A stretch of DNA of 64,000 bases from Thermoplasmatota archaeon (GTDB lineage Archaea > Thermoplasmatota > E2 > JACPAO01 > JAHFTW01): positions 64,001-128,000 of the forward strand of contig JBFIHX010000004.1 in assembly GCA_041601615.1 (NCBI GenBank). The letters run 5' to 3'. Positions within the stretch are counted from its first letter, which is position 1. The number at the start of each line of letters is the position of its first letter. The translations under genes were made by a program, and so were the position numbers. The notes beneath the pieces are model-generated. The model was not told where the DNA came from, ran no database searches, and saw only the letters and a list, made by a program, of their open reading frames with translations. Shown here piece by piece: positions 9,549-19,153 of this stretch.

Positions 9549-9824
9549 ATGACCCGAGTAATCACCAGCGCCTGCGTCGGCACAAAAGACACCAGCTGCG
9601 TCGACGTCTGCCCCGTCGACTGCATCCACCCGCACAAAGGCGACGATGCGGACGCATTCAAACAAAGCTTCGACCAAGTCGAACACCTCTCCATCGACCC
9701 CGACGAATGCATCGACTGCGGCGCCTGCGAACCCGCCTGCCCCGTCGAAGCCATCTACCCCGACGACGAGGTGCCCGAAAGCGACAAAGAATGGGCAAAA
9801 ATCAACGCCGACTTCTTCGCATGA
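9549..9824 (+). CDS. Ferredoxin (dicluster, 7Fe-type motif), copy 1
   Basis: CVGTKDTSCVDVCPVDC and CIDCGACEPACP. Confidence 0.92.
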   Translation: MTRVITSACVGTKDTSCVDVCPVDCIHPHKGDDADAFKQSFDQVEHLSIDPDECIDCGACEPACPVEAIYPDDEVPESDKEWAKINADFFA

Positions 9825-9944
9825 CCCGCCAAAAAAACGCCAATCCACCCCTCCCATAGCCGTCAAAAAAGCCAATATTTCGGCGCGTCGAATCGCCAAC
9901 CCCTAAGTAAGGACGCGCACCATGCACACACAGGAGAGAACCGC

Positions 9945-10220
<276 letters not shown>

Positions 10221-10429
10221 GCAAGACCCCGAGTTCCTCTCTCCCCTCCTTCCAATTTGAGCCCCCGGTGGGTAAGTAGACGGAACCAGATCAGCGTACG
10301 CTCGGCGTTCGCGCTACGTGCGAAACCCATGGCTTCCTACCTGGAGCAACGCACGAGGCCGTCCAGGACAACAAAGTAGGGGAAAGGAAGGGGAAAGGGA
10401 AGAGATTCTCAAAGCTAGAGGCGACACGA

Positions 10430-10559
10430 GGCGTCGAAGAACCCACGCAGACCCCCCAAGGCCGTGCAAGCACGGCCTCGGGGTCCGCTCGGCCCAAGGG
10501 CCTCGCTGTCTTGCGCTGAACCTTTGGCGCTATTCAGCGCCAAAGAACCCGCGCAAGAC
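10430..10559 (-). mobile_element. Structured gene-end element at the secY stop with a displaced, recoded copy of the secY 3' end
   Basis: 10430-10450 encodes LRGFFDA versus LRGFFGA at 10536-10556; fold-back arm 10508-10531; core GGTCCGCTCG..CTCGCTG and CCGTGCAAGCACGG shared with 46416-46677; mobility is inferred. Confidence 0.65.
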
Positions 10560-12092
10560 GGGATGCATTTCCATCGCCTGTTCCTTCGCAATCTGCTCGT
10601 ACATGCGGATATAGATACCCACAGCCAAGAGCAAACCTGTCCCTGAAGCATTACCGATGGTTCCCAGCATGTCCGCCGTAGCCGCAAGGCCACCGACGAT
10701 TGCACCACCAAGAACCGTGATGGTCGGAATGTAGCGTCCCAGAATCTTCTGCAAGACACGCGGGTCGCGGCGGAAGCCGGGAATCTGCATGCCACTGCGT
10801 TCGATCTGCTTGGCGACCGCTTCAGGACCCATATTGGTGGTCTCGACCCAGAACTTGGCGAACATGATCGAACCACCAATGAAGAGCGACATGTAGATGA
10901 CGATCTTCAAGATGATCTGCCATGGCGCGTGGCCGCTGGCGAAGGCACCATAGGCGTCCGAGTTGAAAATCGGCAGGAACCAGTCACTGAGCCCATTGAA
11001 GGTACTCAGATACCAAGCGCCGCCGGCCACCGGTTGCAGACTCTGGCTGCCGGTCTGGTAGGTTCCGATCCACCAAGCATGCCCGATGACCGGGATCTTG
11101 CTGAAGAACGGGTGCTGCCAGAGAAGCAAGCTGAAGATGTTCACGTTGGCAATCAGCGCCGCCATCAAGATGACAGGGATGTTGCTGGCGTAGATCAACC
11201 GCAGCGGGTAGCGACCACGGGCGCCGCGCACCTTACCATGGGCAAGAGGCAGTTCCACGCGGGTACTCTCAGCGAACACCACGAACATGAAAATCGCCAT
11301 CGTGGCCAGGAAGGTCAGGATGGGATTGGGGAACGCTTGGTTGCCGATGAACATCTGCTCAAAGCCACCCTCGTTGACCAGACTGCGCAAGCTGCGCTGG
11401 CTGAACACGTAGATGACCATGGGCAGGGAGCCGCTGGGGGGATTGAACGTCGGGTCCAATGCCTGACCAGCCTGCGTCGGTTGCCAGTTGAGCGTTCCCT
11501 GGAACAGGGCTTGGCTCACACCGGCCGCGATGAACAAACTGATGCCGGAGCCGATGCCCCACTTGCTGATCAGTTCGTCCATCAGGAACACGACAATGGC
11601 ACCGAAGGCCAGTTGCAGCACAATCACGCTGCGGGCCATGCCGCCGCCGACCGCGTTGACAAACAAGTCGTCCGGTTCCAAGAAACCGTACACTTGCGGC
11701 ACGGATTCAATGAAGATGAACAAGAGAACCAGCACTTTCTGGGCACCTTGGTAGATCGCCTTGTCCTCGGTCTTCGAAAGATCGAGGTTGATGATCTTGG
11801 CGCCCGTGAAGAGCTGCATCACGATGCTGCCGGTGACGATGGGACCAATCCCAAGGTGCATGATCGTGCCGCTGGCACCGGCCAGGATGGCACGGAAGCC
11901 CTCGAAAATGTCGAGCTGTTGGGAGCTAACTCCGAACAGAGTGATGTTGGCCAGAGCAAAGTACAGCAGCAGCGAGCCGGTCGTCCAGAGGAGCTTCGTC
12001 TTGAAAGAGACGTGGCCCTCGGGCTTCCTGACCGCAGGCCAGCGTTCAATGATCGGTTTCAGTGCATAAAGGCGGCTTCGAGTCTCAGCCAT
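10530..12092 (-). CDS. secY: Preprotein translocase subunit SecY (archaeal type)
   Basis: MHLGIGPIVTGSIVMQL, KWGIGSGISLFI, LIYASNIPVIL, QIPGFRRD; follows rpl15. Confidence 0.97.
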   Translation of the reverse strand: MAETRSRLYALKPIIERWPAVRKPEGHVSFKTKLLWTTGSLLLYFALANITLFGVSSQQLDIFEGFRAILAGASGTIMHLGIGPIVTGSIVMQLFTGAKIINLDLSKTEDKAIYQGAQKVLVLLFIFIESVPQVYGFLEPDDLFVNAVGGGMARSVIVLQLAFGAIVVFLMDELISKWGIGSGISLFIAAGVSQALFQGTLNWQPTQAGQALDPTFNPPSGSLPMVIYVFSQRSLRSLVNEGGFEQMFIGNQAFPNPILTFLATMAIFMFVVFAESTRVELPLAHGKVRGARGRYPLRLIYASNIPVILMAALIANVNIFSLLLWQHPFFSKIPVIGHAWWIGTYQTGSQSLQPVAGGAWYLSTFNGLSDWFLPIFNSDAYGAFASGHAPWQIILKIVIYMSLFIGGSIMFAKFWVETTNMGPEAVAKQIERSGMQIPGFRRDPRVLQKILGRYIPTITVLGGAIVGGLAATADMLGTIGNASGTGLLLAVGIYIRMYEQIAKEQAMEMHPVLRGFFGAE

Positions 12093-12385
12093 ACGGTCAC
12101 CGGAGTGGAGCGAGCCGTCCAAAGGGGGCTCTGTCTTAAGTGCTCCCAAGGGGAGAACGGAGAACCTTGTCACACATCCCTAGTGAAGGGCAAAAAAGCG
12201 GGCAAAAACGGGGTGAAGCGCCACTCTACTAGATTTCGAGGCGAACAAACGAACATTCGGCGAAAGTGGAGATTTGCTTGAAGGGAAGCAAATGGTGCCC
12301 ACATGGCGGGCCAAGAGAAGAAAAGGAGGGGGAAATGGAGGGGAAATGGAGGGGGAAGGAAGAGGGCTGTGGCTTGTGGGCCGTC

Positions 12386-12802
12386 CTAGTCGGTCTTGAT
12401 GCTGCCGCCGGCTGCCTCGATCTTCGAGACTGCGCCGTCGGTGGCGTTGGCGACCGTCAGGGTCAGCTTGCCCGTGACCTTGCCGCTGCCAAGGAGCTTG
12501 GTGTAACCGGCCTCGGTGAGGTCGATCTCCGTGGCTCCCGGGAAGAGCTGTTCGAGGGCGCCCACGTTGATGGTGACATCTTCGGGGGTGCGGCTCTTGC
12601 TCTTGAAGCCGATGCGGCCCCAGCGCTTGGCTGCAAGACCGGCGTGCTTGCCGCCGAGGATCTGCAGTTGCAGGAATCGGTGCTTGTTGGCACCGGCGCG
12701 ACCGCGTCCACCCTTGAGACCTGCACCGCGTCCACCCTTGTGGCCGCGACCGTGCGTTCGGCTCTGGCGGCGGAACTTCTTGGCCTTTTCTCCCTTAGCC
12801 AT
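12386..12802 (-). CDS. rpl15: 50S ribosomal protein uL15
   Basis: RTHGRGHKGGRGAG..GGRGRAG; KLLGSG; KIEAAGG. Confidence 0.95.
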   Translation of the reverse strand: MAKGEKAKKFRRQSRTHGRGHKGGRGAGLKGGRGRAGANKHRFLQLQILGGKHAGLAAKRWGRIGFKSKSRTPEDVTINVGALEQLFPGATEIDLTEAGYTKLLGSGKVTGKLTLTVANATDGAVSKIEAAGGSIKTD

Positions 12803-13267
12803 TTAGTTCATCCTCCCGATGAGGTCGTTGATTTTGGCACCACGGTAGCCGAGGGCACCGCCGGCTTGGTAGGAGCGCTTGATGCCTTCGAGACCCTTCT
12901 TGGCAGGGTGCAGGCGCAGCAGGGGCTTGACGTCGGCGAGGTCCTTGTATTGGGCCTTGCCGTCGACGATGGCCTGTGCGAACTCCGCGATGGAGCTGTA
13001 GGCGCTGCCCGCTTTGACCACGGCGTCGGTGATTGGCTTGTCACCCACGAGACGGCCGCGAACGGTGATCATCTCGGTGAGGGTGGCGGCGTCGATCTCG
13101 CCCCAGGTGACGTAGTCCTTGGCGACTTGGAGCATACCCTTGGTGGTCTCGTTGTCAGGTAGGACAACACAGTGGTTGACCTGGTTGAGGCGGAGGTACT
13201 TCAGGGTGTCCTTGATCTTGGGGTTGATGTTGATTTGACCGCGCAGGCGGATGATTGCGTGCGCCAT
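12803..13267 (-). CDS. rpl30: 50S ribosomal protein uL30 (archaeal)
   Basis: IIRLRG..TLKYLRL..KDYVTWGE..RLHP..GALGYRG. Confidence 0.95.
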   Translation of the reverse strand: MAHAIIRLRGQININPKIKDTLKYLRLNQVNHCVVLPDNETTKGMLQVAKDYVTWGEIDAATLTEMITVRGRLVGDKPITDAVVKAGSAYSSIAEFAQAIVDGKAQYKDLADVKPLLRLHPAKKGLEGIKRSYQAGGALGYRGAKINDLIGRMN

Positions 13268-14172
13268 CAGGCATCGACCTCTTCTTGGACATCGGGTTGG
13301 CGGTCGGCCTTGATGGTCAAGGCGCCGTCTACCATCTGGGTGCGGGCGCGCTGGGCGGCCGTCATCTTGACGGTGTTCAGGCTTTCGAGGGCCTGGAACG
13401 CCGCCTTGGCGTAGTTGGTGGTGGTGCGGGTCTGTCCACGAGTGTGCACGTAGGCGTCCTTGACGCCGGCGAGACCGAGCACACTGCGAGCGACCTTTCC
13501 GCCCACAAGGCCGGTGCCCTGAGGGGCGGGGCGAATGGTGACTTCCGTGGAAGCGCATTTGCCCATGGTCTGGTAGGGGATGCTGGTGGCGGGGGCGCCG
13601 TCACCGGATTGCCAGGAGCCTGCACCTCGGCGCACTTCGATCATGTTGATCTTGGCGCGGTCGATGGCGCGGCGGATGGTGGGTCCGACTTCCTTGCCCT
13701 TGGCTTGGCCAAGGCCGACGAAGCCGTCCTTGTTTCCAGCGACACAGGTGATGGCGAAGCGCACACGGCGACCGGAGTCGGTCATGCGCTGGACCATGTT
13801 GATGTTCAGCACTTCGTCCTCGAGTTCGGGCAGAAGGGCGTCGACGATTTCGGGCTCGCGCAGGGGCAAGCCGCTCTGAATCGCTTCGCTCATGGTCTTG
13901 ATTTCGCCACTCTTGACGAGGCGACCTAGGCGGGTCTTGGGATCCCAGGGCGGCGGGGCGGGCTTGTCGAAGCGACGGCGTTGGCCGGGGCCACCGCGTG
14001 CTCCACCTGCTCCTCCACGGGGACCACCGGGGCCTCCGCGGGGGCCACCAGGGCCACCACGGGGTCCGCCGGGACCGCCGGGTCGACCGCCGGGGCCACC
14101 AGGACCGCCGGGGCCTCGGGTTCCGCGGCCAGGCGCTGGGGCGGGGCCGCGGTTCGGGGTTGCATCTGCCAT
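13267..14172 (-). CDS. rps5: 30S ribosomal protein uS5 with Gly/Pro/Arg-rich N-terminal extension
   Basis: WDPKTRLGRLVKSG, VQRMTDSGRRVRF, PAPQGTGLV. Confidence 0.96.
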   Translation of the reverse strand: MADATPNRGPAPAPGRGTRGPGGPGGPGGRPGGPGGPRGGPGGPRGGPGGPRGGAGGARGGPGQRRRFDKPAPPPWDPKTRLGRLVKSGEIKTMSEAIQSGLPLREPEIVDALLPELEDEVLNINMVQRMTDSGRRVRFAITCVAGNKDGFVGLGQAKGKEVGPTIRRAIDRAKINMIEVRRGAGSWQSGDGAPATSIPYQTMGKCASTEVTIRPAPQGTGLVGGKVARSVLGLAGVKDAYVHTRGQTRTTTNYAKAAFQALESLNTVKMTAAQRARTQMVDGALTIKADRQPDVQEEVDA

Positions 14173-14173
14173 G

Positions 14174-14698
14174 TTAGTTCTCCTCGTCGTCTGACTTAGC
14201 CGCCTGCGTGACACCGATGGCGTCGCGGACGGCTTCGAAGCTCTTCTGTTGGTCGAGGAAGGCGCCGTTGAGGCGGTCTTCCGCGGGGAACATCTCGTCG
14301 CCGTGGGGGACGTAGACGCCGGAGTCCACGATGCCCTTGAGCGCCGCGAACACCTTGCTGCCCTTGACTGCCGCGTGGCGGCCGATGTCCAGGACGGCAC
14401 TGTCGATGCCGCTGTCCATGGCGCGCTTGCCAGCCAGGAGGCCGGTTAGGTAGGCGGCCGGGGTGCTCTTGGCACTGCCCGTCCAGCCCATCTTGGCCAG
14501 CTCTTGGCCGACGGCGGTGGTCTTGACGTTGTCGCCGGTCTCGGCCCAGTCGATGAACTGGACGATGACGTTGCCGTTGGTGCGGCGCACCACGACTCGC
14601 GTCTCGCCGCTCTTCAGGAGACCGAGGCGGGCTTTGTAATCAGTGCGGCCTTCGCGCCGACGGCGGAAGGGGACGCGCGTGCGGGGACTGGTCGCCAT
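14174..14698 (-). CDS. rpl18: 50S ribosomal protein uL18
   Basis: RRRREGRTDY..R; AAYLTGLL; KVFAALKG. Confidence 0.96.
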   Translation of the reverse strand: MATSPRTRVPFRRRREGRTDYKARLGLLKSGETRVVVRRTNGNVIVQFIDWAETGDNVKTTAVGQELAKMGWTGSAKSTPAAYLTGLLAGKRAMDSGIDSAVLDIGRHAAVKGSKVFAALKGIVDSGVYVPHGDEMFPAEDRLNGAFLDQQKSFEAVRDAIGVTQAAKSDDEEN

Positions 14699-15159
14699 TA
14701 GGCCACCTCCTCGACAAGCTTGCCTTCGGTCTTCATGTGGGTCACCATGTGGGCGCGGGAGCGGAATTGACCGCCCTTGGCGCGCATGTAGTACTCGCGG
14801 TAGGTGTGGCGGTCGATGGCGCCACTTTCTCGGTAGCCGCGGATTTCGCTGCGCAGAGCACGGATGAGAGCCATCCAGCGCTGCTTGCGTGGCAGACGAG
14901 CGTACTTGGCACCCTTGCGGCTGCCGGGTCCGACTCGTCGTCCCTTGGCTTTCTGGGCGTCTAGTTTGCGGCCGCGGCCACGGGAGACACCCTGTTTCTG
15001 AACGGATACGATGACCTTGCCGTTGATGAGCTTGCGAACATCAGCGCGGGTCACGGCGCCGGCCACTTCTTCTTGGCGGTCGGGGTCGATGCGAACACGC
15101 GACTGGCCGACCTTCATGATGTCGGCGGCGAGGCGCTTCTGGTTGCGAAGATCCGCCAT
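14698..15159 (-). CDS. rpl19e: 50S ribosomal protein eL19
   Basis: QKRLAA; GPGSRKG..AR; WM..IRALR. Confidence 0.96.
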   Translation of the reverse strand: MADLRNQKRLAADIMKVGQSRVRIDPDRQEEVAGAVTRADVRKLINGKVIVSVQKQGVSRGRGRKLDAQKAKGRRVGPGSRKGAKYARLPRKQRWMALIRALRSEIRGYRESGAIDRHTYREYYMRAKGGQFRSRAHMVTHMKTEGKLVEEVA

Positions 15160-15660
15160 CTAGTTTCCTCCACGGTTGAAGACGCGGATCTTGAGTTCGT
15201 CTGCGCGCTTGCAGATGAGCTCGGCCTTGCGTCCACCGACGGTGCCGCCGATGCGGGCGCCTTGGGTGGTGGGCTCGACCTTTTCGAGGTCAGCGGGGTT
15301 GTACACGAGGACTTCTTCGAAGCCGCTCGGGTGCAGGCCGCGCGCGGCGACGGGGCCACGGTAGCCGATGCTGACCAGCGGTGGGCGGTACTTGTAGTGA
15401 CGGCGCTGCTTGGAGTGGATACCGGTCGGTCGGCGCCAGGGGGCGTGCTTGCCTCCGAGCTTCTTGTACCGGAACCATTCTTGGCGGCGGAAGGCAGGAC
15501 GTTGTTTGTCCTTGACCGCGCGGACCTCGAGGGCCGTCTTGGTCGCGTCGTCCAGAACCGGCTTGATTTTCGGCTGGACGTCCTTCTTGTCACCCTTGGA
15601 ACCGGCTTCGCCGGCGGCCTTTACGGCCTTGGTCTCCTGGGGCTTGGTTTCGTCGCTCAT
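15160..15660 (-). CDS. rpl32e: 50S ribosomal protein eL32
   Basis: FRRQ..WRRPTGIHSKQRR; RGLHPSGF. Confidence 0.96.
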   Translation of the reverse strand: MSDETKPQETKAVKAAGEAGSKGDKKDVQPKIKPVLDDATKTALEVRAVKDKQRPAFRRQEWFRYKKLGGKHAPWRRPTGIHSKQRRHYKYRPPLVSIGYRGPVAARGLHPSGFEEVLVYNPADLEKVEPTTQGARIGGTVGGRKAELICKRADELKIRVFNRGGN

Positions 15661-16214
15661 TCTTCACCTCCCTTGTTGGTGATGTAGATGCCATCCTGGA
15701 AGACGCGGATGTCGCGGCCCTTCACGCGGGTGGCAAGTTCGATGTTGGCCGCGGTCTGACCGACGGCGTGGATGTCGATGCCTTCTACGGTGACATCGGC
15801 GCCCTTGACAGTCACCTTGGCACCGGGAACAATCGTGGCTCGGCGAGCGTGGCGCTCCCCGAGGAAGTTCTCGATGACCACTTCGGTGCTCTGCACGTTG
15901 ACCTTGATGGGAAAGTGGTTGTAGACGATCTTGAGCTGGTAGTTCCAGCCGTCGGTCACACCGCGGATCATGTTGCGGATGTGTGCGGCGTAGGTGCCGC
16001 AGATCGCCTTGTGTTCGCGTCGGGGCAGGTCCTTGTGGACCCGCACCACGTCGCCGTCGACATTGACGGTGACGCCGCGGTAGCGGAAGCGACGCTCCAG
16101 TTCGCCCTTGGGGCCCTTGACGAAGGTGTGGTTTTCGCCGTCGGCATGGTCGACCGTGATGGTGACGCCGGACGGGATGTCCACTTCATGGATGATTTCA
16201 GAGAGAATCGGCAT
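15657..16214 (-). CDS. rpl6: 50S ribosomal protein uL6
   Basis: VKGPKGEL; HFP; NFLGE; DIRVFQDGIY. Confidence 0.96.
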   Translation of the reverse strand: MPILSEIIHEVDIPSGVTITVDHADGENHTFVKGPKGELERRFRYRGVTVNVDGDVVRVHKDLPRREHKAICGTYAAHIRNMIRGVTDGWNYQLKIVYNHFPIKVNVQSTEVVIENFLGERHARRATIVPGAKVTVKGADVTVEGIDIHAVGQTAANIELATRVKGRDIRVFQDGIYITNKGGEE

Positions 16215-16222
16215 AATATCAC

Positions 16223-16612
16223 CTAGTAGACGTAGGCGAGCAAACGCCCGCCTGTTCCGACCTCCTTGGCCTTGTATTGGTCGATGACGCCGTAGGTGGT
16301 CGTCAGAATCAGGGAGCCGAAGTCACGGGCCGGAAGGTACCGGGACTCCCACTCGTCGAATTCTGCCTTCTTGATGGCGTAGCGGGGCTTGATGACACCA
16401 CAGTTGTTGATCTGGCCGTTGAGGCTGATCTTGTACAGGCCGCCGCGTCCATCGTCTTCGTATTCGAAGGGGCCGATGTAGCCTTGGTCCTGCATTACCT
16501 TCAGAACGCGTCCAACGAGCTTCGAAGCGGGGGTGATGGTGGCCTCCGTTTTCTTGGCGCGCTCGGCGTTGCGGAGGACTGTCAATGCGTCTGCGAGAGG
16601 ATCGGTTTGCAT
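16223..16612 (-). CDS. rps8: 30S ribosomal protein uS8
   Basis: DPLADAL; GVIKPRY; GGRLLAYVY. Confidence 0.96.
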   Translation of the reverse strand: MQTDPLADALTVLRNAERAKKTEATITPASKLVGRVLKVMQDQGYIGPFEYEDDGRGGLYKISLNGQINNCGVIKPRYAIKKAEFDEWESRYLPARDFGSLILTTTYGVIDQYKAKEVGTGGRLLAYVY

Positions 16613-16621
16613 TTTGTCACC

Positions 16622-16783
16622 TCAAAAGTACTTCTTGAACCCGAGCGTGCGGGCGTTGTCGCGGAAGCATTGTCGACATAGGCGCAGGGCATAGCGGCGC
16701 ACCATTCCACGGCGACGTCCGCAGGCCTGGCATCCTTCGATGCGACCCTTCCAGATCTGGCGTTCTTTCATGACGAGGGGCAT
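16622..16783 (-). CDS. rps14: 30S ribosomal protein uS14 (zinc-ribbon type; absent from ORF track)
   Basis: Hand translation [53 protein letters not shown]; expected position between rpl5 and rps8. Confidence 0.95.
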   Translation of the reverse strand: MPLVMKERQIWKGRIEGCQACGRRRGMVRRYALRLCRQCFRDNARTLGFKKYF

Positions 16784-17308
16784 CTAGATGACCTCCAGGT
16801 TGAATTTCTCGGTAAGGAACGCCATGCATTCCTCACGGGTGACACGGTGGCTCCGGGGAACCTTGCGTGCCATGAGCCGGCGGCGCTTGATGCGGTGGCC
16901 GGGCTTTTCTAGGGTGATGGCGACATCCATGCCAAAGACACCGATGTCGGGGTCGTAGCGTTCGCCCTCGAAGGTGGTGTGGTCGGTGACACCGAATTGC
17001 AGGTTGCCTTGGTTGTCGAAGCTCCAGGCGTAGATCTTGTTCAAGCGCGTGTAGAGTGCGCGTCGAATGAAGTCTTCAGCCGCTTCGCCGCGGACGGTGA
17101 CCTTGCAGCCGATGGGCATGCCGGGGCGGACACCGAGTTCGCGGTTGTTGACCTTACCAAAGGTGCGCATCGGCTTTTGGCCGGTGAGCTTCTCGGCAAC
17201 GCGTTCTGCCTTCTCGAGGCGGTCGCCGCCCTCTCCGACACCGAAGTTGACGGTGACCTTGTGGACGCGGGGCAGGGTCATGGGGTTGACCGTGGCTGCA
17301 TCAGACAA
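16784..17308 (-). CDS. rpl5: 50S ribosomal protein uL5
   Basis: NPM..KVTVNFGVGE; PIGCKVT; YDPDIGVFGMD. Confidence 0.96.
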   Translation of the reverse strand: MSDAATVNPMTLPRVHKVTVNFGVGEGGDRLEKAERVAEKLTGQKPMRTFGKVNNRELGVRPGMPIGCKVTVRGEAAEDFIRRALYTRLNKIYAWSFDNQGNLQFGVTDHTTFEGERYDPDIGVFGMDVAITLEKPGHRIKRRRLMARKVPRSHRVTREECMAFLTEKFNLEVI

Positions 17309-18020
17309 TGGACGTCACCTCGTGCTTGGGGAGGTTCTTGCGGTCACCGATGGGGAAGGCGTAGGGCTTGATGGTGGTGAAGCTCTTCTCGCCGGATTGC
17401 AGGTGGACCAGGTTGGCCTTGTGGCTGCGGGTCACTTCGATGCTGGCGATCGGGGCGATCTCACCGGCGTGCTGGCCACCCGTGATGAACACTTCAGCGC
17501 CTTCTCCAACGGGGAAGTGGCCGATGATCTTCTGGGAGGGCAGCTCGATGCGGAGCACGTCGCCGGTCTTGTAGTCGTCCTTCTTGACAAGCAAGTTGCG
17601 GCCGTCGTGCAGGTTGAGCTGGGTAGCGCCGCCCTTGACGGTGGTCTTGTTGTCGATTTGGCACATCTTCCAGGTCGCGTCCTTGGAGCCGACTTCGACG
17701 AAGCGCAGGCGGGCCTTGTGGTCCAAGACGACGCGCCAGGTGCGCTTGAGGATGGGTACGCTGACGACATCCATGAAGCCGACGGGGAACTTGGCGTCCT
17801 TGACGACGCGGCCGTCGACGTGGATCTTGCCGGCGCCGATGGCGGTGCGCGCTTCACGGCCGGAGGCCGCGAGGTCGAGGTAGTCACGCAGCACGGTCGC
17901 GAGGGGGACGGCGCGCTCGATGGCGTGCGGTCCGGCGCGCGGCTTGGTGGTGTAGACGTTGGTCTTGCGGGGGATGGTCCAGGACCGGGGGGTCGCTAGA
18001 CGCTTCAGGTGCTTGCTCAT
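17301..18020 (-). CDS. rps4e: 30S ribosomal protein eS4
   Basis: HLKRL..P.SW; GPH; FPVGFMDV; LHDGRN. Confidence 0.96.
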   Translation of the reverse strand: MSKHLKRLATPRSWTIPRKTNVYTTKPRAGPHAIERAVPLATVLRDYLDLAASGREARTAIGAGKIHVDGRVVKDAKFPVGFMDVVSVPILKRTWRVVLDHKARLRFVEVGSKDATWKMCQIDNKTTVKGGATQLNLHDGRNLLVKKDDYKTGDVLRIELPSQKIIGHFPVGEGAEVFITGGQHAGEIAPIASIEVTRSHKANLVHLQSGEKSFTTIKPYAFPIGDRKNLPKHEVTSIV

Positions 18021-18397
18021 TCGGAGGCCTCCTTGGACTTTTCATCGCCGCCCAGTTTGGTGCGGCGGCGCTTGTCCTCAAGGTTGAGGCGGGTGATCAG
18101 CAGGTTGCTGGCGTTGACCGGAAGGGCGACGTCGGTGCCGTCGGCCTTCTTGTGGGTCACACCTTCAACGATGACCTTGCGGTCCTTGGTGCGGATCTCA
18201 ACGACCTTGCCGGAGTGGCCGCGGTGGCCTCCGCGCATGACCTTGACCTCGTCGCCGGTGACGACGGGGATGGATCGGACGTTGTACTTCAGCAGCAGTT
18301 CCTCAGAAAGGTGACTGGCGATCTGCTTGCGGCGGATGTGCAGCGGGGCGTCGTAGAGCGCCTTTCGCTGCTTTCGGGGTTGGGAACTCGTCGTCAT
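18017..18397 (-). CDS. rpl24: 50S ribosomal protein uL24
   Basis: QPRKQRK..APLH; GDEVKVMRG KOW motif. Confidence 0.96.
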   Translation of the reverse strand: MTTSSQPRKQRKALYDAPLHIRRKQIASHLSEELLLKYNVRSIPVVTGDEVKVMRGGHRGHSGKVVEIRTKDRKVIVEGVTHKKADGTDVALPVNASNLLITRLNLEDKRRRTKLGGDEKSKEASE

Positions 18398-18406
18398 CAG
18401 AATACC

Positions 18407-18805
18407 TCAAACGATCGTGTTGGCCGTGGCACTGATGCGGGGCCAGCGTTGGGCGCTCTCTCGGGACACGGGGCCCTTGATCTGGCTTCCCTTGACTTCG
18501 CCGTCTTCGGTGATGATGACGCATGCGTTGTCTTCGAATTGCACGGTGACACCGTCCGGGCGCTTGTACGGGCGCTTTTGGCGCACGACGACGGCCTGGA
18601 GGATTTGGCGGCGCATTTCGGGGCTGCCCTTCTTGACGGAGACGATGATTTTGTCACCGACGCCGGCTGCGGGGTAGCGGCGGGCGGTGGTGTGGGTGCC
18701 GGGCACCATGATGATCTCGACGATCTTGGCTCCGGTGTTGTCGACGCAGTCGAGGCGGGCGCCGGTGGGTAGGCCGCGGGTGACGCTGCCGGGAATTCCA
18801 CGCAT
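18407..18805 (-). CDS. rpl14: 50S ribosomal protein uL14
   Basis: DNTGAK; AGVGD; FEDNA; KGPV. Confidence 0.96.
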   Translation of the reverse strand: MRGIPGSVTRGLPTGARLDCVDNTGAKIVEIIMVPGTHTTARRYPAAGVGDKIIVSVKKGSPEMRRQILQAVVVRQKRPYKRPDGVTVQFEDNACVIITEDGEVKGSQIKGPVSRESAQRWPRISATANTIV

Positions 18806-19153
18806 TTAGGTCGCCTCTTGGCTGCGGTTCTCGACCACGACGAATTTGATCGTCTTGCTGATCGGGCGGCACTCGGCGATGAGGACCTCGTCGCCGACGC
18901 TGACGTCGATGTTGCTGGGCAGGTGCGCAGGGTAGCGGCTGGTTCGCTTTTCGAACCGCTGGTACTTGGGCACCAGTCGCTGGTGTTCCTTCTCCACGAC
19001 GACGGCGCCACTCATCTTCGCGCTGACGACACGACCAACGATGGTCGCGCCGCGCACGGGAAGGGTGCCGTTGAAGGGGTTCAGGGTGTCACCAAGCGCC
19101 GGCGCACGCTTGGGCGCACGCACGTCTATGCCGATGTCACGGACTTCGCTCAT
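18806..19153 (-). CDS. rps17: 30S ribosomal protein uS17
   Basis: PF.G.L.VRG; GRVVSAKM; KYQRFEKR; AECRPISKT. Confidence 0.95.
   Translation of the reverse strand: MSEVRDIGIDVRAPKRAPALGDTLNPFNGTLPVRGATIVGRVVSAKMSGAVVVEKEHQRLVPKYQRFEKRTSRYPAHLPSNIDVSVGDEVLIAECRPISKTIKFVVVENRSQEAT

Noticed and set aside
10221-10530. SRP RNA or RNase P RNA in the 310-bp gap next to secY
   Set aside because: No recognisable SRP helix-8 motif or RNase P GAGGAAAGUCC signature on either strand
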